Shown: in pieces, positions 47,049 to 55,011 of the stretch | How the letters are laid out: each line of letters starts with the position of its first letter | How positions within the stretch are numbered: the stretch's first letter is position 1 | Source: a virus | Taxonomy: Duplodnaviria > Caudoviricetes | Length of the DNA: 55,616 nucleotides | Reading direction: 5' to 3' (one strand) | IMG/VR virus record: IMGVR_UViG_3300028045_000018 | Coordinates: 1-55,616 of that record | Notes under the pieces: generated by a model | What the model saw: the letters and a program-made list of their open reading frames with translations, nothing else | Told to the model about the DNA's origin: nothing | Database searches by the model: none | Made by a program: the position numbers and the translations under genes

Positions 47049-47171
47049 ATCCGGGTGATGGAAAGGAAGACATGGCAGATTTAATGGATTCTTGCAGTAT
47101 GTACCTGATAACGAGAATCCCTTAATCTGTTGCTCTTAACGAGCGTGTGGGTTCGAATCCCACTCCGGATA
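47049..47171 (+). tRNA. Leu-type tRNA with a 39-nt hairpin intron in the anticodon loop
   Basis: ATCCGGG/TCCGGAT, GCAGA(47075-79)/TCTGT(47126-30) separated by 46 nt, long variable arm GCTC-TTAAC-GAGC, GTGGG-TTCGAAT-CCCAC. Confidence 0.8.
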
Positions 47172-47194
47172 TTTATTTTTAGAAAGGAAATAAA

Positions 47195-47491
47195 ATGGAT
47201 ATAGAATTTATTAATCGTTTAGTAAAAGAACCTAAAGAAATTGACGGATGGATAGTAGTCTATAAACAAAACAAACGCGAGTTCGCAAAAATACTAGCTT
47301 ATGTTGATGCATTAGATTTCGATACAGAAACTAAACAAAAAATTATGATCATTTGTTTAATAAGAGAAGAAGAAAAAACGCAAAGAATAAATGAAAGAAA
47401 CATAGCTAGATGGAAAGCGTCTGATAAAATAAAAGCTAATACAAGAAGTGGATGTAGAAACGGACGATGTGGAAATAAACGTAAACCTTAA
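47195..47491 (+). CDS. Hypothetical protein
   Basis: AAGGA SD. Confidence 0.65.
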   Translation: MDIEFINRLVKEPKEIDGWIVVYKQNKREFAKILAYVDALDFDTETKQKIMIICLIREEEKTQRINERNIARWKASDKIKANTRSGCRNGRCGNKRKP

Positions 47492-47528
47492 AACCAATTG
47501 TGTTTATCAAATCTCTTATAATATACAT

Positions 47529-47879
47529 ATGAATCGCTACAAAAAAACTATTCAAACGATAAGAAGTCTTCAAGAAAAAGAGACTCAAGACAAGAAGAAC
47601 CGTATCCAAGCTCGCAAGAATCGCCAACAGAAACGAATCGATTTTTCTAAGAAGATACAAAAAGCTATGGAACTATCTGACGAAGATTTAAAATTTGCAT
47701 CTGATAATAACATATCTTGGAGATTGCCAGGTTCAGTCTATGTGATTCGATATGTCACATTTCAGAAAACTTTTATCGTAATCATAGATAGTGATAGTCT
47801 TGATGTTGATTGTTTCGAAAACCCTCCCACAGAAACAAAACAAAAAAAGATTCTCAAATTAATAAAAGAAAACAGATAA
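47529..47879 (+). CDS. Hypothetical protein
   Basis: Likely start MNRYKK at 47529. Confidence 0.55.
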   Translation: MNRYKKTIQTIRSLQEKETQDKKNRIQARKNRQQKRIDFSKKIQKAMELSDEDLKFASDNNISWRLPGSVYVIRYVTFQKTFIVIIDSDSLDVDCFENPPTETKQKKILKLIKENR

Positions 47880-48014
47880 TGTGACTTAACTTTATACTAT
47901 AATAATAGATGAAGGAAAGAAATAAAAAATAAAGAATAATTTATTGGTTATTTGTGACTCTGATAGACGATACAATTAATATAGTTGATAACCGAAACCC
48001 AAAAGGAGTTTAAA

Positions 48015-48362
48015 ATGGATAAGAAGCAAACACAAGCAAGACAAGGCGACATTTTCTTTGAAGTAGTTGACGGACCATCTGAGGCTGCACTGAAAAAGAA
48101 CCAACGGCATGAGACTCCAGTTCTCGCTCACGGAGAAGTAACTGGTCACACTCACGCCATCGCAACCCCGCATATCTCTCAGTTCCAAAGTTATGTTGAC
48201 CCAGACAATGGACATGTTTATGTCAAGTCTGCAACGCAGATGTCTGTAGATCATGACGAACATGATACTATCACAATGCCAAAAGATGAATGGATCAAGA
48301 TTTCTCGTCAACGCGAATATGATCCGCTTTCCGCTGAAAAAGAACGTCAAGTAAGAGACTAA
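48015..48362 (+). CDS. RQGD...GEVTGH.H...HDEH...QREY family protein (His-rich, putative metal-binding)
   Basis: Motif set; AAGGAG SD. Confidence 0.75.
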   Translation: MDKKQTQARQGDIFFEVVDGPSEAALKKNQRHETPVLAHGEVTGHTHAIATPHISQFQSYVDPDNGHVYVKSATQMSVDHDEHDTITMPKDEWIKISRQREYDPLSAEKERQVRD

Positions 48363-48430
48363 TACTCTTACCTAGAAGTATAACCGTTTAGCTAATTAAG
48401 CTAAAATAACCTAAGACAGGAGTAGTAAAA

Positions 48431-48829
48431 ATGACAGATGTAGCAAATGACGCAAAAGAAGTAGATCCAAAAGCCCAGGCAGATAAGATCAAAAAAATGT
48501 TAAATGGTTTAACCAAATTTGGTGAGATCATCAACTCTCATGAAGGTCAAAAAATCGCTGTACTATGTGCACGATATCAGTATCGAGGCGTTGTAGCTCA
48601 TGTTGGTGAAGACTTTATTGTCTTAGCTAATGCAAGATCAGTTGAAATTTCTGGTCCTTCTGCAAAAGCAACGCCTGAACGAGAAGACGATATTGGTGGG
48701 TTCGTAATCATCAAACATGATGCTATCGAGATCGCTTATCAGCCAACTTGGTCGCAAGCCCCTTTGTCTTTTGAAGAAGACGCGGTCTCAACTTCTAACG
48801 AAGATTCGACTGATGGTCCTGTAGCATAA
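48431..48829 (+). CDS. Sm/LSm-like beta-barrel hypothetical protein
   Basis: KIAVLCARYQYRG.V..V....IVL.NA pattern. Confidence 0.5.
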   Translation: MTDVANDAKEVDPKAQADKIKKMLNGLTKFGEIINSHEGQKIAVLCARYQYRGVVAHVGEDFIVLANARSVEISGPSAKATPEREDDIGGFVIIKHDAIEIAYQPTWSQAPLSFEEDAVSTSNEDSTDGPVA

Positions 48830-48860
48830 TTATCGCAACAACTAAACAGAAGAGGTAATT

Positions 48861-49487
48861 ATGAGTGATACTAGACAAAAGTTTGAGAAATGGCAAAGTA
48901 GAATTAGGGGCATTCGTAGGCTCTATCCATTTGGACCTTTGGAACTCAAGAAAGACATTCTTGGGAGACTCCATTGTGACGATGGTCCAGCATACATCTC
49001 TCCGTTACGTTGTACTTGGTATCAGGAAGGCAGAAAGCATGGTTTAGATGTTGATGCTTTTGGTTCAACATGTTTTTACTATGAAAACATTCTTGTTCCT
49101 CCTCGTTATATTAATGACCCTGATTCATTAACATTCGAGGAAGTGATGAACCATGACAATACTGAGATCCGTTATGTCGGAATGCAAGTATATGGTTATG
49201 ATCGAATGAGAAAAGAGAATCGATTTAGAGTCATTGATGCTGATGTAGCGGCAGATGGAACTGAACGAGAGCTTCTACAGTGCGATGGAATCTTCAAGGA
49301 GCAGGCTCAGACAGACGCTCCTGAGCCTATTGCTCTTGTTAAAGTTTCTAACTCTACTCCAAATGAAGATGGGACTTTTAAGCCGTATTATCTAAAAGTT
49401 CCGCCAGATGTAACAACGTGTCAAGAAGCTGTTGCTTGGACGTTTGGCAAGACAGCAGATGATTACGCACCAGGACAGGAAACCTGA
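48861..49487 (+). CDS. DUF6745-like protein
   Basis: GRLHCDDGPA; N.E.R; V.NSTP..DGT.K.Y.L.VPP...TC.EAVAWTFG. Confidence 0.75.
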   Translation: MSDTRQKFEKWQSRIRGIRRLYPFGPLELKKDILGRLHCDDGPAYISPLRCTWYQEGRKHGLDVDAFGSTCFYYENILVPPRYINDPDSLTFEEVMNHDNTEIRYVGMQVYGYDRMRKENRFRVIDADVAADGTERELLQCDGIFKEQAQTDAPEPIALVKVSNSTPNEDGTFKPYYLKVPPDVTTCQEAVAWTFGKTADDYAPGQET

Positions 49488-49506
49488 TAGTCATGGTTAA
49501 CCCGTT

Positions 49507-49545
49507 AAAAAAGTAGGGTATGTTTACTCATATCCTACTTTTTTT
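49507..49545 (+). terminator. Rho-independent (bidirectional) terminator
   Basis: AAAAAAGTAGGGTATG-loop-CATATCCTACTTTTTTT. Confidence 0.8.
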
Positions 49546-49566
49546 AAAACTTAAAAGGAATAAAAG

Positions 49567-49746
49567 ATGAGTGAAATGAAATTTGATGTTAAAGTTTATG
49601 ATGAATCCGACGAATTGGTTGGAAAATATGTTTTTGAAGATGAAAAGTATGACATACTTTCAGCAGATGGAGCAATGGATCTTGCTAAAAGTGCTGCTGC
49701 ATGGGTAACTCCTGAAAAAGGAAGGTCTACAGTCGAAAGTAAATAG
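49567..49746 (+). CDS. 59-aa hypothetical protein (not in track)
   Basis: AAGGA SD; MSEMKFDVKVYDES...TVESK*. Confidence 0.6.
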   Translation: MSEMKFDVKVYDESDELVGKYVFEDEKYDILSADGAMDLAKSAAAWVTPEKGRSTVESK

Positions 49747-49750
49747 AAAA

Positions 49751-50083
49751 ATGGCAAAAAAGGAAAATAATATTGACAAAGAGTATTACGGACCATATAT
49801 AGTAGTACAAGAGATAACGAATAGACACTCTAAAAGATGCAATCTTTGTGGAGAGAAGCCAAAAGACATTAGAATATTGGTGAAGTCTGAAGACATATTC
49901 GAACATGGTAAAGTAGATTGTTATTGTCTCCATCATGGTATTCAATTCTTGCATCTTCAAATAGATTCTCTTAAGTCGATATTAGGTCAGATAGAGGAAA
50001 AAGAACCTATTCCCCTTGAGGTGAAAGAAGATACGTTTTGCGATTTTATTAAGTTTCGACCCACCGAAACAAAAACAATTTAA
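49751..50083 (+). CDS. Hypothetical protein (CxxC...CxxH)
   Basis: Coupled ORF. Confidence 0.6.
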   Translation: MAKKENNIDKEYYGPYIVVQEITNRHSKRCNLCGEKPKDIRILVKSEDIFEHGKVDCYCLHHGIQFLHLQIDSLKSILGQIEEKEPIPLEVKEDTFCDFIKFRPTETKTI

Positions 50084-50167
50084 TTTTTAATTAAGTTGTG
50101 ATATATTATATGTTATAATGCATCAGATCAATAAAATAGATATTTAAGACCGAAAGGTCTTTGTTCT

Positions 50168-50240
50168 GCGTCCGTAGTTGAGGGATTTAACGGCAAATTC
50201 TAAATTTGTGACTACGTGGGTTTGAATCCCACCGGACGCG
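50168..50240 (+). tRNA. Amber suppressor tRNA (anticodon CTA)
   Basis: GCGTCCG/CGGACGC, GTTG/TAAC D-stem, GCAAA-TTCTAAA-TTTGT with CTA at 50200-50202, T-loop TTTGAAT; class A promoter 50097-50119. Confidence 0.8.
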
Positions 50241-50245
50241 ATTCG

Positions 50246-50545
50246 ATGAATTGGAAACAGCATAAAGAAGATTTGCTCAAAGGTAAAGACGTAAGTTTTT
50301 GTCCTAAAGGCAATTCGATGAAGCCGAAAATTAATAGCGGAGACAAGATAACCATTTCTCCTACAGACGATATTAAAAAGGGAGATATAGTTTTTTGTAA
50401 GGTTAAAGGAAGTTTTTACGTCCATCTTGTTAAAGCCGTACAAGGCGATAAGTTCTTGATAGGTAACAACAAAGGTAGAACAAACGGATGGACTAACAAA
50501 AAAAAAGTATTTGGAAAAGTAATTAAAATTGAGAGCAAGAAATAA
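50246..50545 (+). CDS. S24/S26 peptidase-like protein
   Basis: GNSMKP.I.SGD...GDIVF...HLVK. Confidence 0.65.
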   Translation: MNWKQHKEDLLKGKDVSFCPKGNSMKPKINSGDKITISPTDDIKKGDIVFCKVKGSFYVHLVKAVQGDKFLIGNNKGRTNGWTNKKKVFGKVIKIESKK

Positions 50546-50575
50546 ATTGCCGATATTATACTTAGGAGAATAACA

Positions 50576-50935
50576 ATGAGACCATTCCAATAGACTAAAG
50601 AAGAATACGGATAGGACCAACATTTCTATGTCTACATCTTAGTAAGACATGACCTTTCTATAGCACAGCAATCCGTTCAGAGCGTCCACGCTGCGATCTG
50701 TGCGACTCAATCATTCATACAGCCTCAGAGACATCCTTCGGTCATTATATGCTCTGTAGAGGACGAGAGAGCCTTACAGAGAGCTATATTTAAGATCGAG
50801 CAGTCTGGGATCAAGTATAAAGAATTCCTAGAACCAGATATAGGGAATCAATTGACAGCCGTTGCTACGGAACCTGTATATGGAGACAGAAGGAAAGTCT
50901 TTAAAAAGTTCAAGCTTATGGGAGGTGTATCATGA
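50576..50935 (+). CDS. Pth2-like peptidyl-tRNA hydrolase with in-frame TAG at codons 6 and 13 (not in track)
   Basis: SD AGGAG 50564-68; MRPFQ*TKEEYG*DQHFYVYILVRHDLSIAQQSVQSVHAA...EPDIGNQLTAVATEP...KFKL. Confidence 0.8.
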
Positions 50936-50984
50936 TTTAATTACACTTTTTTCATAATCATTAATTTAACAAGAAAGGACAAAA

Positions 50985-51404
50985 ATGAGTTATATAGAAA
51001 ATTTAAAAAAAACAAAAAAAGAAATGTTACAAATGGAAAAAGTCTTAGAATTGTATCCAGATATTGAAGAACATACAGATAGATGGAGTAACAAAAGAAT
51101 TTCTTCTTCATCTATTAATTCTGAGACAGATCAAGTTTTTATCAATCACAATTGTGGATGTTGTGACGATTCTCCATTACAAGTCTGGCCGTATAAAAAT
51201 GTTAATGGTATTGAAGTTTTTAGTAATCCTGCCTGTTTTATAATTGGAGAAAAAATTCCATTTTATTCAGGGATAGGAGAAAGACCATACGATAATTGGC
51301 AAGAAAAACTTCGCAAAGAGAACATCACAGAAACTGTTATTAATAAAATACAAATATTCTTTAACGACAACAAACCACAACATATAGAATATGTTGATGA
51401 TTAA
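50985..51404 (+). CDS. Hypothetical protein
   Basis: AAGGA SD; HNCGCCDD. Confidence 0.7.
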   Translation: MSYIENLKKTKKEMLQMEKVLELYPDIEEHTDRWSNKRISSSSINSETDQVFINHNCGCCDDSPLQVWPYKNVNGIEVFSNPACFIIGEKIPFYSGIGERPYDNWQEKLRKENITETVINKIQIFFNDNKPQHIEYVDD

Positions 51405-51415
51405 GGAGAAACAAA

Positions 51416-51952
51416 ATGACTACAATGACAGAAACTAAAGTTTATCAATCAAAATGGGGATATCATCCCTGCGATCTTGAGACGTACAAGAAGCTTAGAA
51501 AGCTCAATCAATGGTTCATGAAAGCTCAGAGAGAGGCGGCTGAGTGGAATCGTTGGGCGCGAAAAGACAAACAGAACAGAGTTATAAGAAAGTTCATTAG
51601 AAATGATCAAGGACAGAAGATAGGATGCGAGATAGTTGGTCCTAAACCAGAACCTGTTATAGACTCTCCTTTTTGCAAAATTGATTTAAATGATGAAAGT
51701 TGTTGGAGACGATTTGATTGGACAAGAACTCCTCAAACCTATTGGCTAAGAAAACATAAATTAGATGGAAACACAAGAATTAGAGAAGAATATTGCTTCT
51801 ATTTAACGAACTTGTTTGTCAATTCTTTTGGTGTAGACATAGACTATAATAACGCCAAAAGACCTGTAACTGAGGATGCTGTGACTCCTTTGAGGAACTC
51901 GGTTAAAGAGATTAACAATTTGTACGAGAAAGTTTTTAATCTGAACAGCTAA
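51416..51952 (+). CDS. Hypothetical protein
   Basis: AAGGAG SD. Confidence 0.7.
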   Translation: MTTMTETKVYQSKWGYHPCDLETYKKLRKLNQWFMKAQREAAEWNRWARKDKQNRVIRKFIRNDQGQKIGCEIVGPKPEPVIDSPFCKIDLNDESCWRRFDWTRTPQTYWLRKHKLDGNTRIREEYCFYLTNLFVNSFGVDIDYNNAKRPVTEDAVTPLRNSVKEINNLYEKVFNLNS

Positions 51953-52082
51953 AGGATTCTATATGTAATTGTCGAATATAATACTGATAAATCGTTCGAA
52001 TCTCATAAAGGAAAGAGTATAATATTGTTTATTATGCTCTTTTTCTTTGCAAAGTGAATAAGAATATGTTATAATTAAAGTT

Positions 52083-52718
52083 ATGAACCCTAGAATTACA
52101 AAAATATTAAAAAAGAGAATTAAAGATTTAGACAAACAGATCGAGAAAGGGACGCTTAAAACTTATCCTATCGAAGGACTAAAAGATCGCATGCATGCTC
52201 TCAGCGAAAAGCGTAAACATTTCCCTCATAATCTTTTTTGGTGGCTCAGTAAATGTAAAAGGAAAATCGGTGATAGTTATTACTATTGCAAGTGTTTCAT
52301 CTTCCATCGTTATAATGTAGTAAAAGCAAAGACTCTACCTCCAACATGGGTAGACAGAGATCTTCTCTTGCTCCATGCCAGTTTTGCTATCTTCTGTGAT
52401 GTCATAGAAGGAGAGAAGTTGTTAGAGAACGTTGGTTGGGATCATACCGATCAAATAGAAAAGATGAAAAAAGAAGATTGGGAAGACGAACAATCTCAAG
52501 CAGACAATATCAAAGCACTTCAAGAGAAACATGAACATGATCAAAAATTAGAGAAAGAATTAAAGTATCTTTATAGCTGGTGGAAGGTCGTTCGACCTGA
52601 GAGACAGAAAGAAGAACTGAACAATCACTGGAGTTTTGATGCAGAAGAAAAATACTACCAAGAAGATACAAATCATTTGATAAGACTGATGAAGATTAGA
52701 GGAACTTTGTGGACATGA
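52083..52718 (+). CDS. Phage hypothetical protein (LLHA.F...Y.WW...LWT type)
   Basis: Class A promoter 52053-52075. Confidence 0.7.
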   Translation: MNPRITKILKKRIKDLDKQIEKGTLKTYPIEGLKDRMHALSEKRKHFPHNLFWWLSKCKRKIGDSYYYCKCFIFHRYNVVKAKTLPPTWVDRDLLLLHASFAIFCDVIEGEKLLENVGWDHTDQIEKMKKEDWEDEQSQADNIKALQEKHEHDQKLEKELKYLYSWWKVVRPERQKEELNNHWSFDAEEKYYQEDTNHLIRLMKIRGTLWT

Positions 52719-52900
52719 ACATGTTGTTTAGAACAGTTAATATTAGAGATCTTGAAACTGGACAAAGAATGACGTTAGAGAAATTCAAAGTTTCACTTTC
52801 GGCTACAAGATTTGCTAAAAGTCTTTCTTGGAGTTCTAAATTTTATTGGTCTTGGGGTTGGAGTCAGATGAATGAAGTATCCTTAAAGTGGTGGGACTGA
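52715..52900 (+). CDS. Small Ser/Trp-rich protein, possible MKMIMR-family relative
   Basis: MNMLFRT...SLSWSSKFYWSWGWSQ; ATGA coupling. Confidence 0.5.
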   Translation: MNMLFRTVNIRDLETGQRMTLEKFKVSLSATRFAKSLSWSSKFYWSWGWSQMNEVSLKWWD

Positions 52901-52904
52901 TTTG

Positions 52905-53792
52905 TTAAATTTGTCCTAGCTCTCTAGCGTATTGGAGCATAGCTTTTTGATTTTCTTCCATTCTAGTTCTTACTCCCCCGAGTCCTCTTTGTTTAGCACT
53001 TCTATAGCCTCGATGATTCAAGTATTCTTTAGCAGCAGCAGCCCAATTGTTAGCGTTCATTAACTTAACAGTCATAGGAGTAGCTCTAGTTCCGATATCT
53101 CCTCTGTAAACTCCGTCTAGTATGGCATCTTGTAGGTATGGTGGCAATGAATCAAAATGTCTTGGGTTTTTGAATAACTGTTTAGCTCTATTAGAGTGTT
53201 CATCTATATCATGTTTCAACAATTGTTCTATTTGTGGATCTGTTAGTTGTTGTCTTCCATTAAGGACTGCAACAAAATTTACTGTGTTTCCGAAGAGTTT
53301 TGAGAAAATTCTTCTTGAGACTGCTGTTTGTTGTGCTTTCGTTTTGCCGTTATTGGGGTTAAGCATGGCATGTCCGACGCCTATATCTATTTCCCCTTTA
53401 TTGCCTATTTTATTTGCCTTATTAACAAAGCCTTCATTATCAATTAACTTTTGACGCAATCGATCAAAGGTTGTAGGTTCTTTTTGTATGGGTGCTTGTT
53501 CTGTCACTTCTTGTTGAGGTTGGTTATTGATGTTGTTTTGGACTTGTTGGATGATTTGTTCTGGCACATCTTGTTGTTGAGCTTCTTCTAGGGCTTGTTG
53601 TTTTAAAGCTATTGTGTCTCCGTTATTGTTTTTTAGGCGATTGAAGATATCTGTTTGGGTCCATCCTAGATAGCCTAGTAACGGAGCTAAGACCATTATT
53701 TCTCCGATAACGAAATTGCTTAAGAATCCTGCTTCTTTCATAATTGTTTCGTCCAAATAGTATTTAATTTTTGACTGTTTATACCAATTCAT
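52905..53792 (-). CDS. Lysozyme-like (GH24/T4-lysozyme fold) protein with N-terminal extension
   Basis: LIDNEG...IDIGVGH...LLKHDI...AILD..YRG...NWAAAAKEYL; class B promoter 53806-53832(-). Confidence 0.75.
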   Translation of the reverse strand: MNWYKQSKIKYYLDETIMKEAGFLSNFVIGEIMVLAPLLGYLGWTQTDIFNRLKNNNGDTIALKQQALEEAQQQDVPEQIIQQVQNNINNQPQQEVTEQAPIQKEPTTFDRLRQKLIDNEGFVNKANKIGNKGEIDIGVGHAMLNPNNGKTKAQQTAVSRRIFSKLFGNTVNFVAVLNGRQQLTDPQIEQLLKHDIDEHSNRAKQLFKNPRHFDSLPPYLQDAILDGVYRGDIGTRATPMTVKLMNANNWAAAAKEYLNHRGYRSAKQRGLGGVRTRMEENQKAMLQYARELGQI

Positions 53793-53837
53793 AATGTCGA
53801 TACTATATTCGGTACAAAATGGAGATTACCTTTAATA

Positions 53838-54437
53838 ATGAAAAATATATTACTAACATTGATAATAGCTTTAGTTTTTTGTTCTGGATGTTACGAATGC
53901 TTCTATTTTAATGACAAGCCAGACGATTCTATAACGGCTCCAAAAGCTCCTCAGACGGCAGGAGATGTAGGTGAGCCGATTTTTGAAGATCCGATAACTC
54001 TTGAGGATCTTGTGGTAGAGAATCGAGTTAAAACAGAGGTTATTGCTCAGAGGGACGAAGAAATAGATGTTCTTGAGAGGATAGTAATGCAGAAGCAAAA
54101 AGCTATCGAAAACATCGTTGCTGAGAGCAATAAAATAAAAGATGATGTTGATGCCATAAAATCTATAATAAAGACCGCAGGACCGACTACAAAGCCTTCT
54201 ATAGAGCCTCATTTACAAGATATCGGCGACAGTTCTAACAAAATAAGCGATTTAGTCGCTGATCCTATTGAACCAGAGATTGGACCTATGGATATTGATG
54301 ATATTGGTCCTATAGATGTTCCTTTAGTTCAAAGTCCATATATTAATATTTGGAAAAGTCCGAAATTTTGGTTAGGTTTAATATTTGGTCTTTTGGGACT
54401 AGGTTTAGTCGTTAAATTTATGTTTTTCAAAAATTAA
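53838..54437 (+). CDS. Lipoprotein with coiled coil and C-terminal TM helix (u-spanin-like topology)
   Basis: MKNILLTLIIALVFCSGC lipobox-like; FWLGLIFGLLGLGLVVKFMFF. Confidence 0.55.
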   Translation: MKNILLTLIIALVFCSGCYECFYFNDKPDDSITAPKAPQTAGDVGEPIFEDPITLEDLVVENRVKTEVIAQRDEEIDVLERIVMQKQKAIENIVAESNKIKDDVDAIKSIIKTAGPTTKPSIEPHLQDIGDSSNKISDLVADPIEPEIGPMDIDDIGPIDVPLVQSPYINIWKSPKFWLGLIFGLLGLGLVVKFMFFKN

Positions 54438-54994
54438 AGCAATCGACTAACAGCATTATTCCACATGCCGCAATAAAGCCAACCTTTAGCTGACCATTTG
54501 ATAGTTCTATCGCCCACCAAAAGATTAATCTGTTCAGCGTTTAAGACAAGTATTTCTATATCTTCGGAAGATTCATTTTCTGCGGTAGACGGTTCTCCTT
54601 CTACTTCAGCAAAAACCATAGTCACTGTTTCATCTGTTAGTCCTGCGGAGTTATATGTTGATGGGCTAACAACTAGAATGTTCTTTACTTCCATCCCTGT
54701 TTCTTCTTTAAACTCTCTTCTAGCCGCATCTTCTGCGGTCTCGCCTTCGTCTATAAGCCCAGCAGGAAATTCTAGGATATAATCGCCAACAGGGACTCTA
54801 TATTGTTTTATGAGAACTAATCTATAAGGATCTATCATTAGACCGACAATCATAACGGCATCGCTCTGGCCGGTCTTTTTGGTTGATCTATTTACGTAGG
54901 TCCACTTCCCTTCTTTCTCTTTGTGTTCATATGTTGCTTCCATAAGATTTAAGAACGGGCGTTTTGTGACTATTTCTCGTTTAGTAACTTTCAT
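54434..54994 (-). CDS. NUDIX hydrolase, ADP-ribose pyrophosphatase-like
   Basis: KQYRVP....LEFPAGLIDEGE.....ARREFKEETG; SAGLTDE. Confidence 0.9.
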   Translation of the reverse strand: MKVTKREIVTKRPFLNLMEATYEHKEKEGKWTYVNRSTKKTGQSDAVMIVGLMIDPYRLVLIKQYRVPVGDYILEFPAGLIDEGETAEDAARREFKEETGMEVKNILVVSPSTYNSAGLTDETVTMVFAEVEGEPSTAENESSEDIEILVLNAEQINLLVGDRTIKWSAKGWLYCGMWNNAVSRLL

Positions 54995-55011
54995 TTTTTA
55001 TCCTTTAATAT

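Noticed and set aside
50168-50240. Reading the suppressor as tRNA-Arg(TCT)
   Set aside because: Placing TCT at 34-36 breaks the anticodon stem (GGCAA/ATTTG), while GCAAA/TTTGT pairs fully and centres CTA. An Arg-derived body remains possible.
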